A DNA stretch of 64,000 nt from a virus. Lineage: Duplodnaviria; Heunggongvirae; Uroviricota; Caudoviricetes. The stretch's first letter is position 1; the number at the start of each line of letters is the position of its first letter. This document shows positions 39,481 to 48,690 of this stretch, in pieces. The stretch lies in the IMG/VR virus record IMGVR_UViG_3300028048_001599. The stretch is one strand, 5' to 3'. The notes under the pieces were generated by a model that did no database searches, was not told the origin of the DNA, and worked only from the letters and a program-made list of their open reading frames with translations. The translations under genes were made by a program, and so were the position numbers.

Positions 39481-41271
39481 ATGTTATCCTATAACAATCT
39501 AAAGAAAATCAATTTACTCAACAAAGAAAACAAAGTACCCTCATGGAGGGTGTCATCATATGGTGTTTCTTTGAGTGTATACTCTGAGTTTTGTTGTATA
39601 ACACGTGGTTCATCTGTGGAACGTATTAAAATCCAGAAATTAATACAAGCTGTGGAGCAAAATAAGATTCATATTCAAAATATAAGTATTCTTAGGAATT
39701 GGATAAATAGTAGAGATGGTCAGGATTCACCTGTTGACAGTGTATCTGTTTACACAGGAAATACTCTTAAAACTCTTGTGGATAACGACTTAAATGATAT
39801 CACGGCAGAACGTGACTTCGTTTCAAGTATATACAAGTATGTAACAAGTAATAGAAATGAAGTTATGGGGGTACATGGACTCCGTGGTGTTGGAAAATCT
39901 ATAGGTCTTATGCAAGTCATAAGGTTGTTAAATGACTTTGATAATACGGTTTACCTTGTAGTAAATCCTGAACAATCATTAGATTACAGCGACTTTTATA
40001 AGTTATTATTTTCAGTTACAAAATATCGAAAATATATTTTTATTGATGAAATCACTTATGTATCAAATTTTATAAATAAGTCAGCAAATCTATATGAAGC
40101 ATTAGTTTTAATGGGTAAACGTGTAGTAATTTGTGGCACTAATTCATTAGCTTTGGTATCTTCTAAATCAGCAGCATTGTACCATAGAATAGGGATATTA
40201 CCTGTTTCTTTTATGTCTTACTTTGAAGCAAAGCGAACTGCTCACATTTCAAATTTTATTGAATATTTGGAGATGGGTGGACTTTATGATAAAGATAGAC
40301 TTGGTAGCTTTTCAGATTTGGAAAATTATATAGATACTTCAGTGGTTGATAATATTGTAGGCACTCTCAGTAAGAACATGGTAACAAGTCATTTGGCGGC
40401 ATTGTATAATTTGTCAATCACTTCTAAAAACATCGGATTAGTCAAGCAGCGAATGAAAACAATTATTTTTAAGATACTATTTGATATTATATTTTCACTC
40501 AGTAAATCCGATATAAAAATAGATATGAATATACTACCGTATTTATTTAATTCATACAGTAGTAGTTCAGACATATATGACACAATAGGGATTGAAAATA
40601 GCTCAATAGGGGTATATGAAACAAGGGTTGTTTTAAAGGCACTTTATGAAATTGGTCTATTAAATAAGGTCGAGAATATAGCAAAATGTGGTGAGTTTAA
40701 GTATTATATTACAAACCAATCTGTTTATAATCAGATGTTATGTCAAATAGTAAACATACCATTTAGAGATGGTTACAGCTTAAACGAGTTTCGTGGTGTT
40801 AAAAGTCGATTGGGTCTACTAATGGAAAGTGCAGTAATAAACCACACGTATGAGATAGTCAGAAAAATGAAGGATATCTCGATATATTATTATCGTGACG
40901 GTAATAAGGAAATTGACTTAATAATTCGTAGACATGTTTATGATTTAGATGACTTAGATAATTATGATAAATACCTATATTATGAAATAAAAATATCATC
41001 AGATACGGCTTATGCATCTATAAAGGCTCAATGGATAACTGATAAATCAATAGGGTCACCTGAAAAGGTTGTAGGTAGGGCAGTAATTTATAACGGTATT
41101 ACAACAGTATATGATGGGGTAACAAAGCCGAAGAAATCAATACCTAATATGTCAACCGAAAAACAAACTCAAATAATGCAAAGAAACAAAGGTTTACAGT
41201 TTATAAATGTCGAGGATTACCTAAGAAATTTACCGTCTTACATTGATGATTTAATGAACGCAAAGTTCTAA
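39481..41271 (+). CDS. AAA+ ATPase (AAA_14-like) with C-terminal DUF4143-like PD-(D/E)XK domain
   Basis: Walker A GLRGVGKS, Walker B IFIDEI, GTNS, YLEMGG, C-terminal YYRD..EIDLII..YEIK. Confidence 0.8.
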   Translation: MLSYNNLKKINLLNKENKVPSWRVSSYGVSLSVYSEFCCITRGSSVERIKIQKLIQAVEQNKIHIQNISILRNWINSRDGQDSPVDSVSVYTGNTLKTLVDNDLNDITAERDFVSSIYKYVTSNRNEVMGVHGLRGVGKSIGLMQVIRLLNDFDNTVYLVVNPEQSLDYSDFYKLLFSVTKYRKYIFIDEITYVSNFINKSANLYEALVLMGKRVVICGTNSLALVSSKSAALYHRIGILPVSFMSYFEAKRTAHISNFIEYLEMGGLYDKDRLGSFSDLENYIDTSVVDNIVGTLSKNMVTSHLAALYNLSITSKNIGLVKQRMKTIIFKILFDIIFSLSKSDIKIDMNILPYLFNSYSSSSDIYDTIGIENSSIGVYETRVVLKALYEIGLLNKVENIAKCGEFKYYITNQSVYNQMLCQIVNIPFRDGYSLNEFRGVKSRLGLLMESAVINHTYEIVRKMKDISIYYYRDGNKEIDLIIRRHVYDLDDLDNYDKYLYYEIKISSDTAYASIKAQWITDKSIGSPEKVVGRAVIYNGITTVYDGVTKPKKSIPNMSTEKQTQIMQRNKGLQFINVEDYLRNLPSYIDDLMNAKF

Positions 41272-41298
41272 TATAGTAAACAAAAAGAAGGAATAAAA

Positions 41299-42177
41299 AT
41301 GACAGAACAGGATGTTAAAACATTAAGGGACACGGTGTTACTGTTAAAAAGTCATTCAGTCACATCGGTTCTGAAATACCTATTAAGTGATATGTGTACA
41401 AACTCAAAGTGTGACCATTGTTATTTTGAGGACGATTGTGATAGTGTAGTTGGGGTATTTGACAAAACAACAAAAATCATGAGTAATTTAGATATGAAGT
41501 TTACATCTGGGGTGTTGTGTCATTCACCCACAGACTTGATAGACTACCCATCAAAGTATAACGCACTTTTAGGAACTACTGTTCAATATATGTGTCAACT
41601 TTATCATTACCAAACAACTAAGGAAATAATTTTTAATGACCTTTTGGCACATGTACCAAGTAAGGTAGATACTCAAGCTGTTATTGAAGCTCTTAGTCAT
41701 GTTACCAACGATATAAACGATTACAGTTCTGTTCGTTGTTTGTTTAAGGCGAGTAGTTTAATACATAGTTTTGATGTTGACAAAATTCCAAATAGTATAA
41801 TATGGGTGGCAATTGAATTAACTAAGCGTTGTGCATCATTCTTAATGTCAAAAGGTTCAATGTACTTTAATAAGCATTTGTTTACCAATTGTAACTATAT
41901 TAATAGTGGGGTAGTTGATTTCAACGGTGATAATGTAGTAATAGACATGAAATGTACCAAATATGAACCTACACTACAAGATAAATGGCAAATCTTAATA
42001 TACGCTGGTATACTTAAGGCATATTATAAGTTTGATATCACTACGGCTTACTTTGTAAATCCTGTTCTTAACAAGTATTATTATTTTGAATGTGAAAAGT
42101 TAAATCATACGGAGGCTATAAAAATTCTTGAAGCATTAACCTTAAACACTGCTGAAAATATTATAGTAAACAGATAA
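41299..42177 (+). CDS. PD-(D/E)XK (RecB/Cas4-like) nuclease domain protein
   Basis: GVVD...VIDMK...QILIYA motifs; N-terminal Cys cluster. Confidence 0.65.
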   Translation: MTEQDVKTLRDTVLLLKSHSVTSVLKYLLSDMCTNSKCDHCYFEDDCDSVVGVFDKTTKIMSNLDMKFTSGVLCHSPTDLIDYPSKYNALLGTTVQYMCQLYHYQTTKEIIFNDLLAHVPSKVDTQAVIEALSHVTNDINDYSSVRCLFKASSLIHSFDVDKIPNSIIWVAIELTKRCASFLMSKGSMYFNKHLFTNCNYINSGVVDFNGDNVVIDMKCTKYEPTLQDKWQILIYAGILKAYYKFDITTAYFVNPVLNKYYYFECEKLNHTEAIKILEALTLNTAENIIVNR

Positions 42178-42186
42178 ATTTTTTAT

Positions 42187-42224
42187 CACATGCTATTGAC
42201 AAAATACGACAAATATGTTATAAT
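42187..42224 (+). promoter_or_regulatory. Consensus sigma-A promoter (element-wide promoter family)
   Basis: CACATGCTA-TTGACA-17-TATAAT with extended -10 TG. Confidence 0.85.
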
Positions 42225-42258
42225 GGTAATATAAAAATTCAAAGAGGGGATTGATAAA

Positions 42259-43653
42259 ATGGATTGGCAAGTAATAAACAAGGATTTATGTTGTATAGAC
42301 AATGTATATAATGACATTGAGGACTTAACCTACTTTCCGGTTGTAAAGAATGGTGAGTTAGAGATGAAGGGTTTGGCACTACAAATCAGTGACCTTGCCG
42401 TTTCTGAGATGCGTAGGTATTACCCAAATGCTACCGTTGCATGGTCATACCTAATGTTTCTACTCAAGACATCAATGTGTTATGTCGAATATACGGGGTA
42501 TAATGGACAACTCCGAAAAATGATTCTTTGTTCTAATATGAACATTCTTAGAGAATGTAAGGACTTCAATGTGGCGAACCTTAATTATCACGTAACCGAT
42601 GCAACTAACCTAAATAAATATAATGGTACTCACTTGAACGGTGGTATGAATACTGAATTAAAAGCTGTAAAGATAAATAAGAAACTCATTACTGAGTTGA
42701 AAACACCAATACTGCTCAAGGGTACGACAATACGTGTAGCACCCCTATGCTTGATGCTAAGAAACGCAGCGATTGTACTTAGTAGAGATGGTATAACTCG
42801 ATATAATTATTATAAAGATAATGGTTCTCTCCGTTCTCTCGTATCAACGAAAGACAGGGGTATTTTAATAAAGCACTATACATCTGAAAAGGCATCTGAA
42901 ATGCTCGATGGTGCATCACTTACTCTTGATACACTATTTAATCGTGGATATATCCGAATTGTGGAACTTGGGGCTTCAAAATATGATTCTGGTGTTCGTG
43001 CTATCAACGTTGCTAAAATTAAATCTGCGGAGGAAATTTCTGATGATGAGGTTGACTACAGGTTTGTTGATGTAGAGTTCGATACAATAGTAGATACATT
43101 TAAGTATCATCTCGAACGTCAGTCGGATATTGAGTTACTTAATAAAATCAATAGTGATTTTAATGAAAATGCTGAACATTCAGAGAGTAAACCTTATATT
43201 CTTAATGAAATATTCAAAAAGGTTGACAGTAATGTGACTTATGGGTCTACACAGTACCTCAGACAGCTTTACTTGTATATGGCAGACAGACCTGAGATAT
43301 TCGGTGCATCCGTAGCACCGACTTTTGATATTAATATGGGGGTATCGGACATCAACATATCTGATGGTGGTACATTCACCTTTGAGGACATGGCAGATTT
43401 AGGTGTTTTGGAGAACACTGAGATTGTCGGTGGCACTGTGGGCACTGAGGTTGTTAGTGACACCATGGACACTGAGTTTGTTAGTGACGCCGTGGACACT
43501 GAGGTTGTTGGGGACTCATTCAATCTTGACATATCAGACCTTGGTGTAAATATGGGTGTATCCGAATCAGGTTCAGGTGAAAAATGGGTTAGCAAAGCCA
43601 CAGCAGTAGATACTGAAGAACTTCCGGCAAAGAAGAAATTCGTATTTGAATGA
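42259..43653 (+). CDS. Hypothetical protein with WYL-like/SH3 beta-barrel (DUF2693-like) repeats; paralog of 46602-48545
   Basis: YVEYTGYNGQLRKM and YNYYKDNGSLRSLVST motifs; acidic repetitive tail. Confidence 0.6.
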   Translation: MDWQVINKDLCCIDNVYNDIEDLTYFPVVKNGELEMKGLALQISDLAVSEMRRYYPNATVAWSYLMFLLKTSMCYVEYTGYNGQLRKMILCSNMNILRECKDFNVANLNYHVTDATNLNKYNGTHLNGGMNTELKAVKINKKLITELKTPILLKGTTIRVAPLCLMLRNAAIVLSRDGITRYNYYKDNGSLRSLVSTKDRGILIKHYTSEKASEMLDGASLTLDTLFNRGYIRIVELGASKYDSGVRAINVAKIKSAEEISDDEVDYRFVDVEFDTIVDTFKYHLERQSDIELLNKINSDFNENAEHSESKPYILNEIFKKVDSNVTYGSTQYLRQLYLYMADRPEIFGASVAPTFDINMGVSDINISDGGTFTFEDMADLGVLENTEIVGGTVGTEVVSDTMDTEFVSDAVDTEVVGDSFNLDISDLGVNMGVSESGSGEKWVSKATAVDTEELPAKKKFVFE

Positions 43654-43673
43654 TTATAATGACTCTGATTTGA

Positions 43674-44531
43674 ATGGTAGGTGTACTTATGGATATTGAT
43701 AAAATCATTAGAGACGCTGAGCGACATGAAAAAGAAAAACCGCATTACACTCTTTTCACTACCACAATTCCTACTTCAAAAATCCTTTTAGGTGATTTTT
43801 TGAAAATTTCTGGCACTTATAAGGAAAAATCTGAAGTAGTTTTAGGTTATCATTTCGATTTTGCAAAAGGCATTGTAAAATCAAGTTTTTCAAGTAGTAC
43901 AAGTATGATAGTCATAGGTAAATCAAGAAATAGTGTGAACAACGTTCTATATAACATACTGACACAAATAGTTGGTGAATCGACTCCAATAGATACAAAA
44001 CTTACAGTGCTTGCCAAGGATTATGACAATGTGTTATTGACATCTGAATATGTTGAACGTTGTCATGATGGTAAATATGTATCAGAGGTACTTGACAGTA
44101 TTGAAAACATCATAGAATCTCGTATTAAGTTCCTGAATAAAGAGGGGTACCTAAATGCTGAAAGTTATATAAAGGCTGGTAATCAACTTTGTAAATCTTA
44201 CATTATACTTGATAGCCTTAATGACCTATTAAGAAATATGGATTATAATGTAGTTATTGGCATAAGGGAAAAATTAATATCGTTTTTAAAGAGGGGTAGA
44301 CGAGCAGGTGTTTATTTTATAACAACTTACATCGATTCTGACCTACGTTTTGTTGCAGAGGATACACTTGTTCAGAGGTTCAGTGTGAAATTAGTTACAG
44401 TACCATCATATAATCTGATTATTGATGTTGACATTATTCATGACTTCTGCAAAAAGTCTGTATATTTACCTATAACTAACTCAAACACCGAAAAAGAATT
44501 GCTACTTAAATATCTCAAAGTAAAAATCTGA
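43674..44531 (+). CDS. Degenerate FtsK/SpoIIIE-like ATPase domain protein
   Basis: KRGRRAGVYFITT arginine-finger motif and IESR helix retained; Walker A (VIGKSRNSVN) and Walker B (IILDSL) degenerate. Confidence 0.6.
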   Translation: MVGVLMDIDKIIRDAERHEKEKPHYTLFTTTIPTSKILLGDFLKISGTYKEKSEVVLGYHFDFAKGIVKSSFSSSTSMIVIGKSRNSVNNVLYNILTQIVGESTPIDTKLTVLAKDYDNVLLTSEYVERCHDGKYVSEVLDSIENIIESRIKFLNKEGYLNAESYIKAGNQLCKSYIILDSLNDLLRNMDYNVVIGIREKLISFLKRGRRAGVYFITTYIDSDLRFVAEDTLVQRFSVKLVTVPSYNLIIDVDIIHDFCKKSVYLPITNSNTEKELLLKYLKVKI

Positions 44532-44542
44532 CACGTTGTTAT

Positions 44543-44577
44543 GACTCACGGTACATTATACCGTGAGTCTTAATTTA
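44543..44577 (+). terminator. Rho-independent terminator
   Basis: GACTCACGGTA-CATTA-TACCGTGAGTC followed by a T-rich tract. Confidence 0.75.
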
Positions 44578-44685
44578 TATGACAAATTCAGAATATTTTG
44601 TAAATATTGTATAACTTCACTATGAAATTTTTGGTCAAAAAGGAAAATCTCGGAAATTTTCAGAATTTTTTAAAAAATTTTTATA

Positions 44686-44721
44686 CTTGGTATTGACAAA
44701 GTTTGCATTTTATGATATAAT
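44686..44721 (+). promoter_or_regulatory. Consensus sigma-A promoter (element-wide promoter family)
   Basis: CTTGGTA-TTGACA-17-TATAAT with extended -10 TG. Confidence 0.8.
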
Positions 44722-44779
44722 TGTTATAGTCCAGATTAAGGACGTAAAAAACAAGAATTTAAAAAGTGAGGAACGAAAA

Positions 44780-45232
44780 ATGAATAAGAAAAGACTTGTA
44801 GACATCATCACAACAAGTATTTTGTCGGCTATTGTAGCAATTAGAGGTGGGCTATACGGTACCTCAATATGGCACACAGGTGTGGAAACATGGGGTAAAT
44901 TGTTTATCTCTTTAATAACCTTTGGTGGTGCTTTAGCTTTTGTATACGCTATTCTTCACATCGGTGTATTTGAAAGCTTCGGTACTAAAGTATCAACAAG
45001 ACAGGATTTTATAGGGGTAATGAGGTATTTATCTCTTGGTTTCACAGTAATATTGATGGTACTTGCTCCGATTTATTTCTACAACAGTTTTGTTGAACCG
45101 ATAAAAATGCTTAGTTTCACAACTATTCCTTGTATAGTTGCTTCTCTTGCCGTATACTTTGTATACAGAGTTGTGGAGAATTATGAATATAAGGAACTGG
45201 AGGAAGGAGTTGAATTACATGAAGAAGCATAA
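44780..45232 (+). CDS. Four-TM membrane protein
   Basis: Four hydrophobic helices; start moved to the ATG downstream of the promoter and RBS GAGG. Confidence 0.75.
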   Translation: MNKKRLVDIITTSILSAIVAIRGGLYGTSIWHTGVETWGKLFISLITFGGALAFVYAILHIGVFESFGTKVSTRQDFIGVMRYLSLGFTVILMVLAPIYFYNSFVEPIKMLSFTTIPCIVASLAVYFVYRVVENYEYKELEEGVELHEEA

Positions 45233-45797
45233 GAAACTATCTGTGTTAATTTTAACATTGTTTTTATTAGGTTGTGGTGCAGGTTGTCAACAAGCACCAC
45301 AACCTCTTTCCAATGTACCGGATTACGCAGATAACTGGAAGGGTTCATCTTTATCGTTTGATAAATACTCTGTCGATATGCCAGCATACGATGAAGAGAA
45401 TTATGATTACCTTACTAAGTATACATGTACTTATAAGGGTAACGAGTGTAATGTGTATCAGTTCACCTTGACGCCCTATGCATACTCAGGGGGTATAGTA
45501 GACAGTGATATGAGTGTAGCCTCTGCTTATGATGCCATAGAAAAATCCGAATGGCTAATAAATGCATGGTGGGGTAAGGCAGACACTAAAACAGTAAATT
45601 TTAAACTTTCAAACACTGATGATAAACTCGTTGATACAGTTTACACTGCAAAAGTTTCAGCACAGGTAAATGATGCTGAATACACCGGGTTTTGGGTTGA
45701 AAAGTCAAAGCAAGAATCGCACTTGTGGATTACAGAGAAAGATAGTGGTGGAGAATTAATTCAGCAGATTTATGATAGTTTATATGTGGAGAAATAG
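45219..45797 (+). CDS. Lipoprotein
   Basis: MKKHKK + hydrophobic stretch + LLGC/GAGC; RBS AAGGAG. Confidence 0.75.
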   Translation: MKKHKKLSVLILTLFLLGCGAGCQQAPQPLSNVPDYADNWKGSSLSFDKYSVDMPAYDEENYDYLTKYTCTYKGNECNVYQFTLTPYAYSGGIVDSDMSVASAYDAIEKSEWLINAWWGKADTKTVNFKLSNTDDKLVDTVYTAKVSAQVNDAEYTGFWVEKSKQESHLWITEKDSGGELIQQIYDSLYVEK

Positions 45798-45811
45798 TTA
45801 TTGTAGTCGTA

Positions 45812-45908
45812 GAATTGCCCAGAATCGTTTCTAAGGCGATTTTAGGGTCAGAGGGGAGTAGTTTCATAGGTTAGTAAAAAGTGGCTCAGAAAGGCTCTCA
45901 GGCAATTT
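45812..45908 (+). repeat. Imperfect-palindromic intergenic element, related copy at ~17015-17095
   Basis: Shared TAAGGC.(A/T)TTTTAG and AAAA.TGG.TCAGAAAGG.T blocks at 49-50 nt spacing; AATTGCC...GGCAATT terminal arms. Confidence 0.55.
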
Positions 45909-45949
45909 TACGAATATTGAAAAAATTTCACAAAAAGGAGTATTATATT

Positions 45950-46483
45950 ATGATTAAAGAATTTTATGATAGGATAGCGGTTAATGGGAGTGTACCTGTA
46001 GAAACTCTCGTAGAAATGACACAAAATGGGGTACTTCAAATAAGAAAAGCTGAAGACGCAGTATTTACTATTGCGGAGGTTGCAAAGATATTTGATAAGG
46101 ATTCTCGTACTGTTGCTCGTTGGGTTGAAGAAGGAAAAATAAAAGCAATAAATGGGGTAACAAGTAAAGTAATACCTGCAAAAGAACTTGAGCGTTTTTA
46201 TGAAACAATGGCAGTTTCAAAGAGTAAGACTTGTATTTATGTTCAGGCTGATACTGTTTCTGAAGTCAATGAAAATGTGAATAGAATAGTTGAAAAAATA
46301 GGGGTAAATAAATACCGCTGTAATATATTTGCTGACATTGACGGTAATGATGGTTTTGAAGCACTTTTAAAGTTCCTTATAAAGTATAAAGGTATCGTAT
46401 ACACTAATGTTTCTCTTGTAGACAAGGGTGAATATATAGGTTTAATTTTATCTGTAACAAATACCACAGTTCAGTTGATATAA
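45950..46483 (+). CDS. MerR/excisionase-type HTH fused to a degenerate serine-resolvase fold (IS607 TnpA-like, catalytically dead)
   Basis: FTIAEVAKIFDKDSRTVARWVEEGKIKA HTH; IYVQAD in place of IYARVS; IFADI and GFEALL at the expected positions; RBS AAGGAG. Confidence 0.65.
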   Translation: MIKEFYDRIAVNGSVPVETLVEMTQNGVLQIRKAEDAVFTIAEVAKIFDKDSRTVARWVEEGKIKAINGVTSKVIPAKELERFYETMAVSKSKTCIYVQADTVSEVNENVNRIVEKIGVNKYRCNIFADIDGNDGFEALLKFLIKYKGIVYTNVSLVDKGEYIGLILSVTNTTVQLI

Positions 46484-46601
46484 TGTCTAATAAGTAAAGA
46501 ACAAAAATGGGGTATTTTGACTTAAATATTTTGTTTTAACATGTTATTTTGTTTTATACTTGAAGTAATAATTAATAAATAAATTTTTGGAGTTGATTCA
46601 A

Positions 46602-48545
46602 ATGCTAACAAAGCAAAAATTAAAGCAGTTAACATTGTGTTCTATGACTTCTGAGATTATCAATGATTACAAGCGTGCCGCTATGGAGTTGATTGTAAAT
46701 TGTACTGGCGACCTATCCTTATTTGATTTTTATGGTATGGAAGGTTCTCAAGGTACTATTGCTCAGATGTTAGCAAATTATGGGGCGCAGAGCTTATCTG
46801 CTATGGTAAATCAGAGTGGGTCAGATTTTGTAGTTCAAGGTAGTTCTCAGGCACTTACGGCTCTCGGTGCATTAAACAGTATTGCTGTAGTGTACTATCC
46901 CGATGAAAAGGACATGACAAAGATTAATACTGCTTTATGTACTGCAAACTGTAATTTATTCTCGACACTTACAGGTATGGGTGCAATTCAAGGGGTAACA
47001 AAAGGTGCTGAAGATAGAAAGCTTAATACAACAATAAGTAGGCTTTCAATACCTACGATGAAATCGGTATCAGGAACAAAGGCAAATGTTTTTAAAGATA
47101 TTTTATACGGAAACAAGAATAAACAGTTGGTTTATTCTGGACCTCTGCTCAAGTTTGGTGATGTCGATTCTAACGTTATTGAGTTTTCATACACAAACTG
47201 TAATGGTATTCCGATTGAATCTGCATTGTTTGTACCGTTGGTATTCTACTTTATTCTTGAAGATATTTTCTTTGATGTGTTTACTACCGATGGGCATAAA
47301 GGTATGACTTCAGCTGCCATTGCTACTTCTGTTGAGAAGTCGAAGAAGTTATTGAAGTTGCTTGCAGATGATAAACGAACAACTAATGGGGTATGGAAAT
47401 CACTTCCAGTTGCTCGTGACCGCTCAATAACTCTTTCAGAAAATGTTCTGCGTAAAGTTTATGGTAAGGAAACCGATGAACTTGTTCAGAAGATTAATAG
47501 AATCAAGCCACAACTTGGTTTTACTTTATCTCTGTTGAAGTTCTCATTCTATGATTTGCGTGGTGCTTATGACTCTTATGAGCCACAACGGATTGATCCA
47601 TTAACATTTAGATGTTTATCCGACTATTCAAAGAAACAGTTTACTGAGGATGTTGGCGTAATACGTTCAACATCGAAATATCCGAAGTTTGTTCTTGTAA
47701 GTATATACCGTGAAAGCGTAGATAATTTAATGACAAAGAAGATTGATGCACCTTCATTCTGGCAGACATTACACATCCCTGAAGATGTACTTGCAAATGC
47801 GAAATTTGGAGATGAGCATAAAAAATATGTTTATGGTGCATTTAAGTTCACTTCTTCCGATTTATATATGTTGATGTCAAAGAACGCTGCAATATTTGGT
47901 GATATTGATGGTCGTGCAAAACAGCGTTTAGCACAATTTAATATGAGCAACTTTAAAAGAGTAAAGATATCACTTTCAGAAGATTGTACTAAGCGTCTTG
48001 TAGAAGTAAAGAAGGCTCTTAACGCAGGCGTATGTTTTGTAGATTATCAAAACAAAAAAGGTGGGGTAAATAGACATACTCTCACCACCAATGAAACAAT
48101 CATTAAAAAGATATACGGTGATGACTATGTAGGAAAATACGGTTCATTGAAGAAACGTATTGAAACTATGCGTTACGGTATTGAAAATGCAAAATCTCTC
48201 GCAGATATCAACTACTATATCAATAAAACAGGCATAATGGATTTAGCAGGTATTGAGGTTAAAGATAAGTACGGTAAAGTAATCGGAACTAATCCGAATT
48301 TCCCAGTGATATCTGAGGATTTTGAAGCATACAAACGTGAGTTGAATAGTTACCTTGATAATCTTTGTGGTCAATCAGGGGTATCTCGTTCAAAACCTGA
48401 TGATATTCCACCTGAAAAACAAACAGTATTCGGGGTATCTCTTGCTGCAACACCTAAAAACAAATCCGCCGACATCGAGGGTAGTAAGGATTTTTATTCG
48501 TTCCTTGAAATCGGAGGCATAGTTGGTTTGTATGTATTACGTTAA
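46602..48545 (+). CDS. Hypothetical protein with WYL-like/SH3 beta-barrel segments; paralog of 42259-43653
   Basis: FVDYQNKKGGVNRHTLTTN motif; LYMLMSKNAAIFG resembles LYLYMADRPEIFG. Confidence 0.6.
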   Translation: MLTKQKLKQLTLCSMTSEIINDYKRAAMELIVNCTGDLSLFDFYGMEGSQGTIAQMLANYGAQSLSAMVNQSGSDFVVQGSSQALTALGALNSIAVVYYPDEKDMTKINTALCTANCNLFSTLTGMGAIQGVTKGAEDRKLNTTISRLSIPTMKSVSGTKANVFKDILYGNKNKQLVYSGPLLKFGDVDSNVIEFSYTNCNGIPIESALFVPLVFYFILEDIFFDVFTTDGHKGMTSAAIATSVEKSKKLLKLLADDKRTTNGVWKSLPVARDRSITLSENVLRKVYGKETDELVQKINRIKPQLGFTLSLLKFSFYDLRGAYDSYEPQRIDPLTFRCLSDYSKKQFTEDVGVIRSTSKYPKFVLVSIYRESVDNLMTKKIDAPSFWQTLHIPEDVLANAKFGDEHKKYVYGAFKFTSSDLYMLMSKNAAIFGDIDGRAKQRLAQFNMSNFKRVKISLSEDCTKRLVEVKKALNAGVCFVDYQNKKGGVNRHTLTTNETIIKKIYGDDYVGKYGSLKKRIETMRYGIENAKSLADINYYINKTGIMDLAGIEVKDKYGKVIGTNPNFPVISEDFEAYKRELNSYLDNLCGQSGVSRSKPDDIPPEKQTVFGVSLAATPKNKSADIEGSKDFYSFLEIGGIVGLYVLR

Positions 48546-48579
48546 GTATAAGGACTTTCATTTGTGTCTTTCTCCTTTC

Positions 48580-48618
48580 TGGGCTTACCTTGTGATTTGG
48601 TAAGCCCATTTGTTTTTT
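48580..48618 (+). terminator. Rho-independent terminator
   Basis: TGGGCTTACC/GGTAAGCCCA stem followed by a T-run. Confidence 0.75.
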
Positions 48619-48690
48619 ATTTTATAGAAATATTAAAAAAATATATAACTTATTGTTATAATATAGTAATAATGAAAGGTGGTAAAACCA

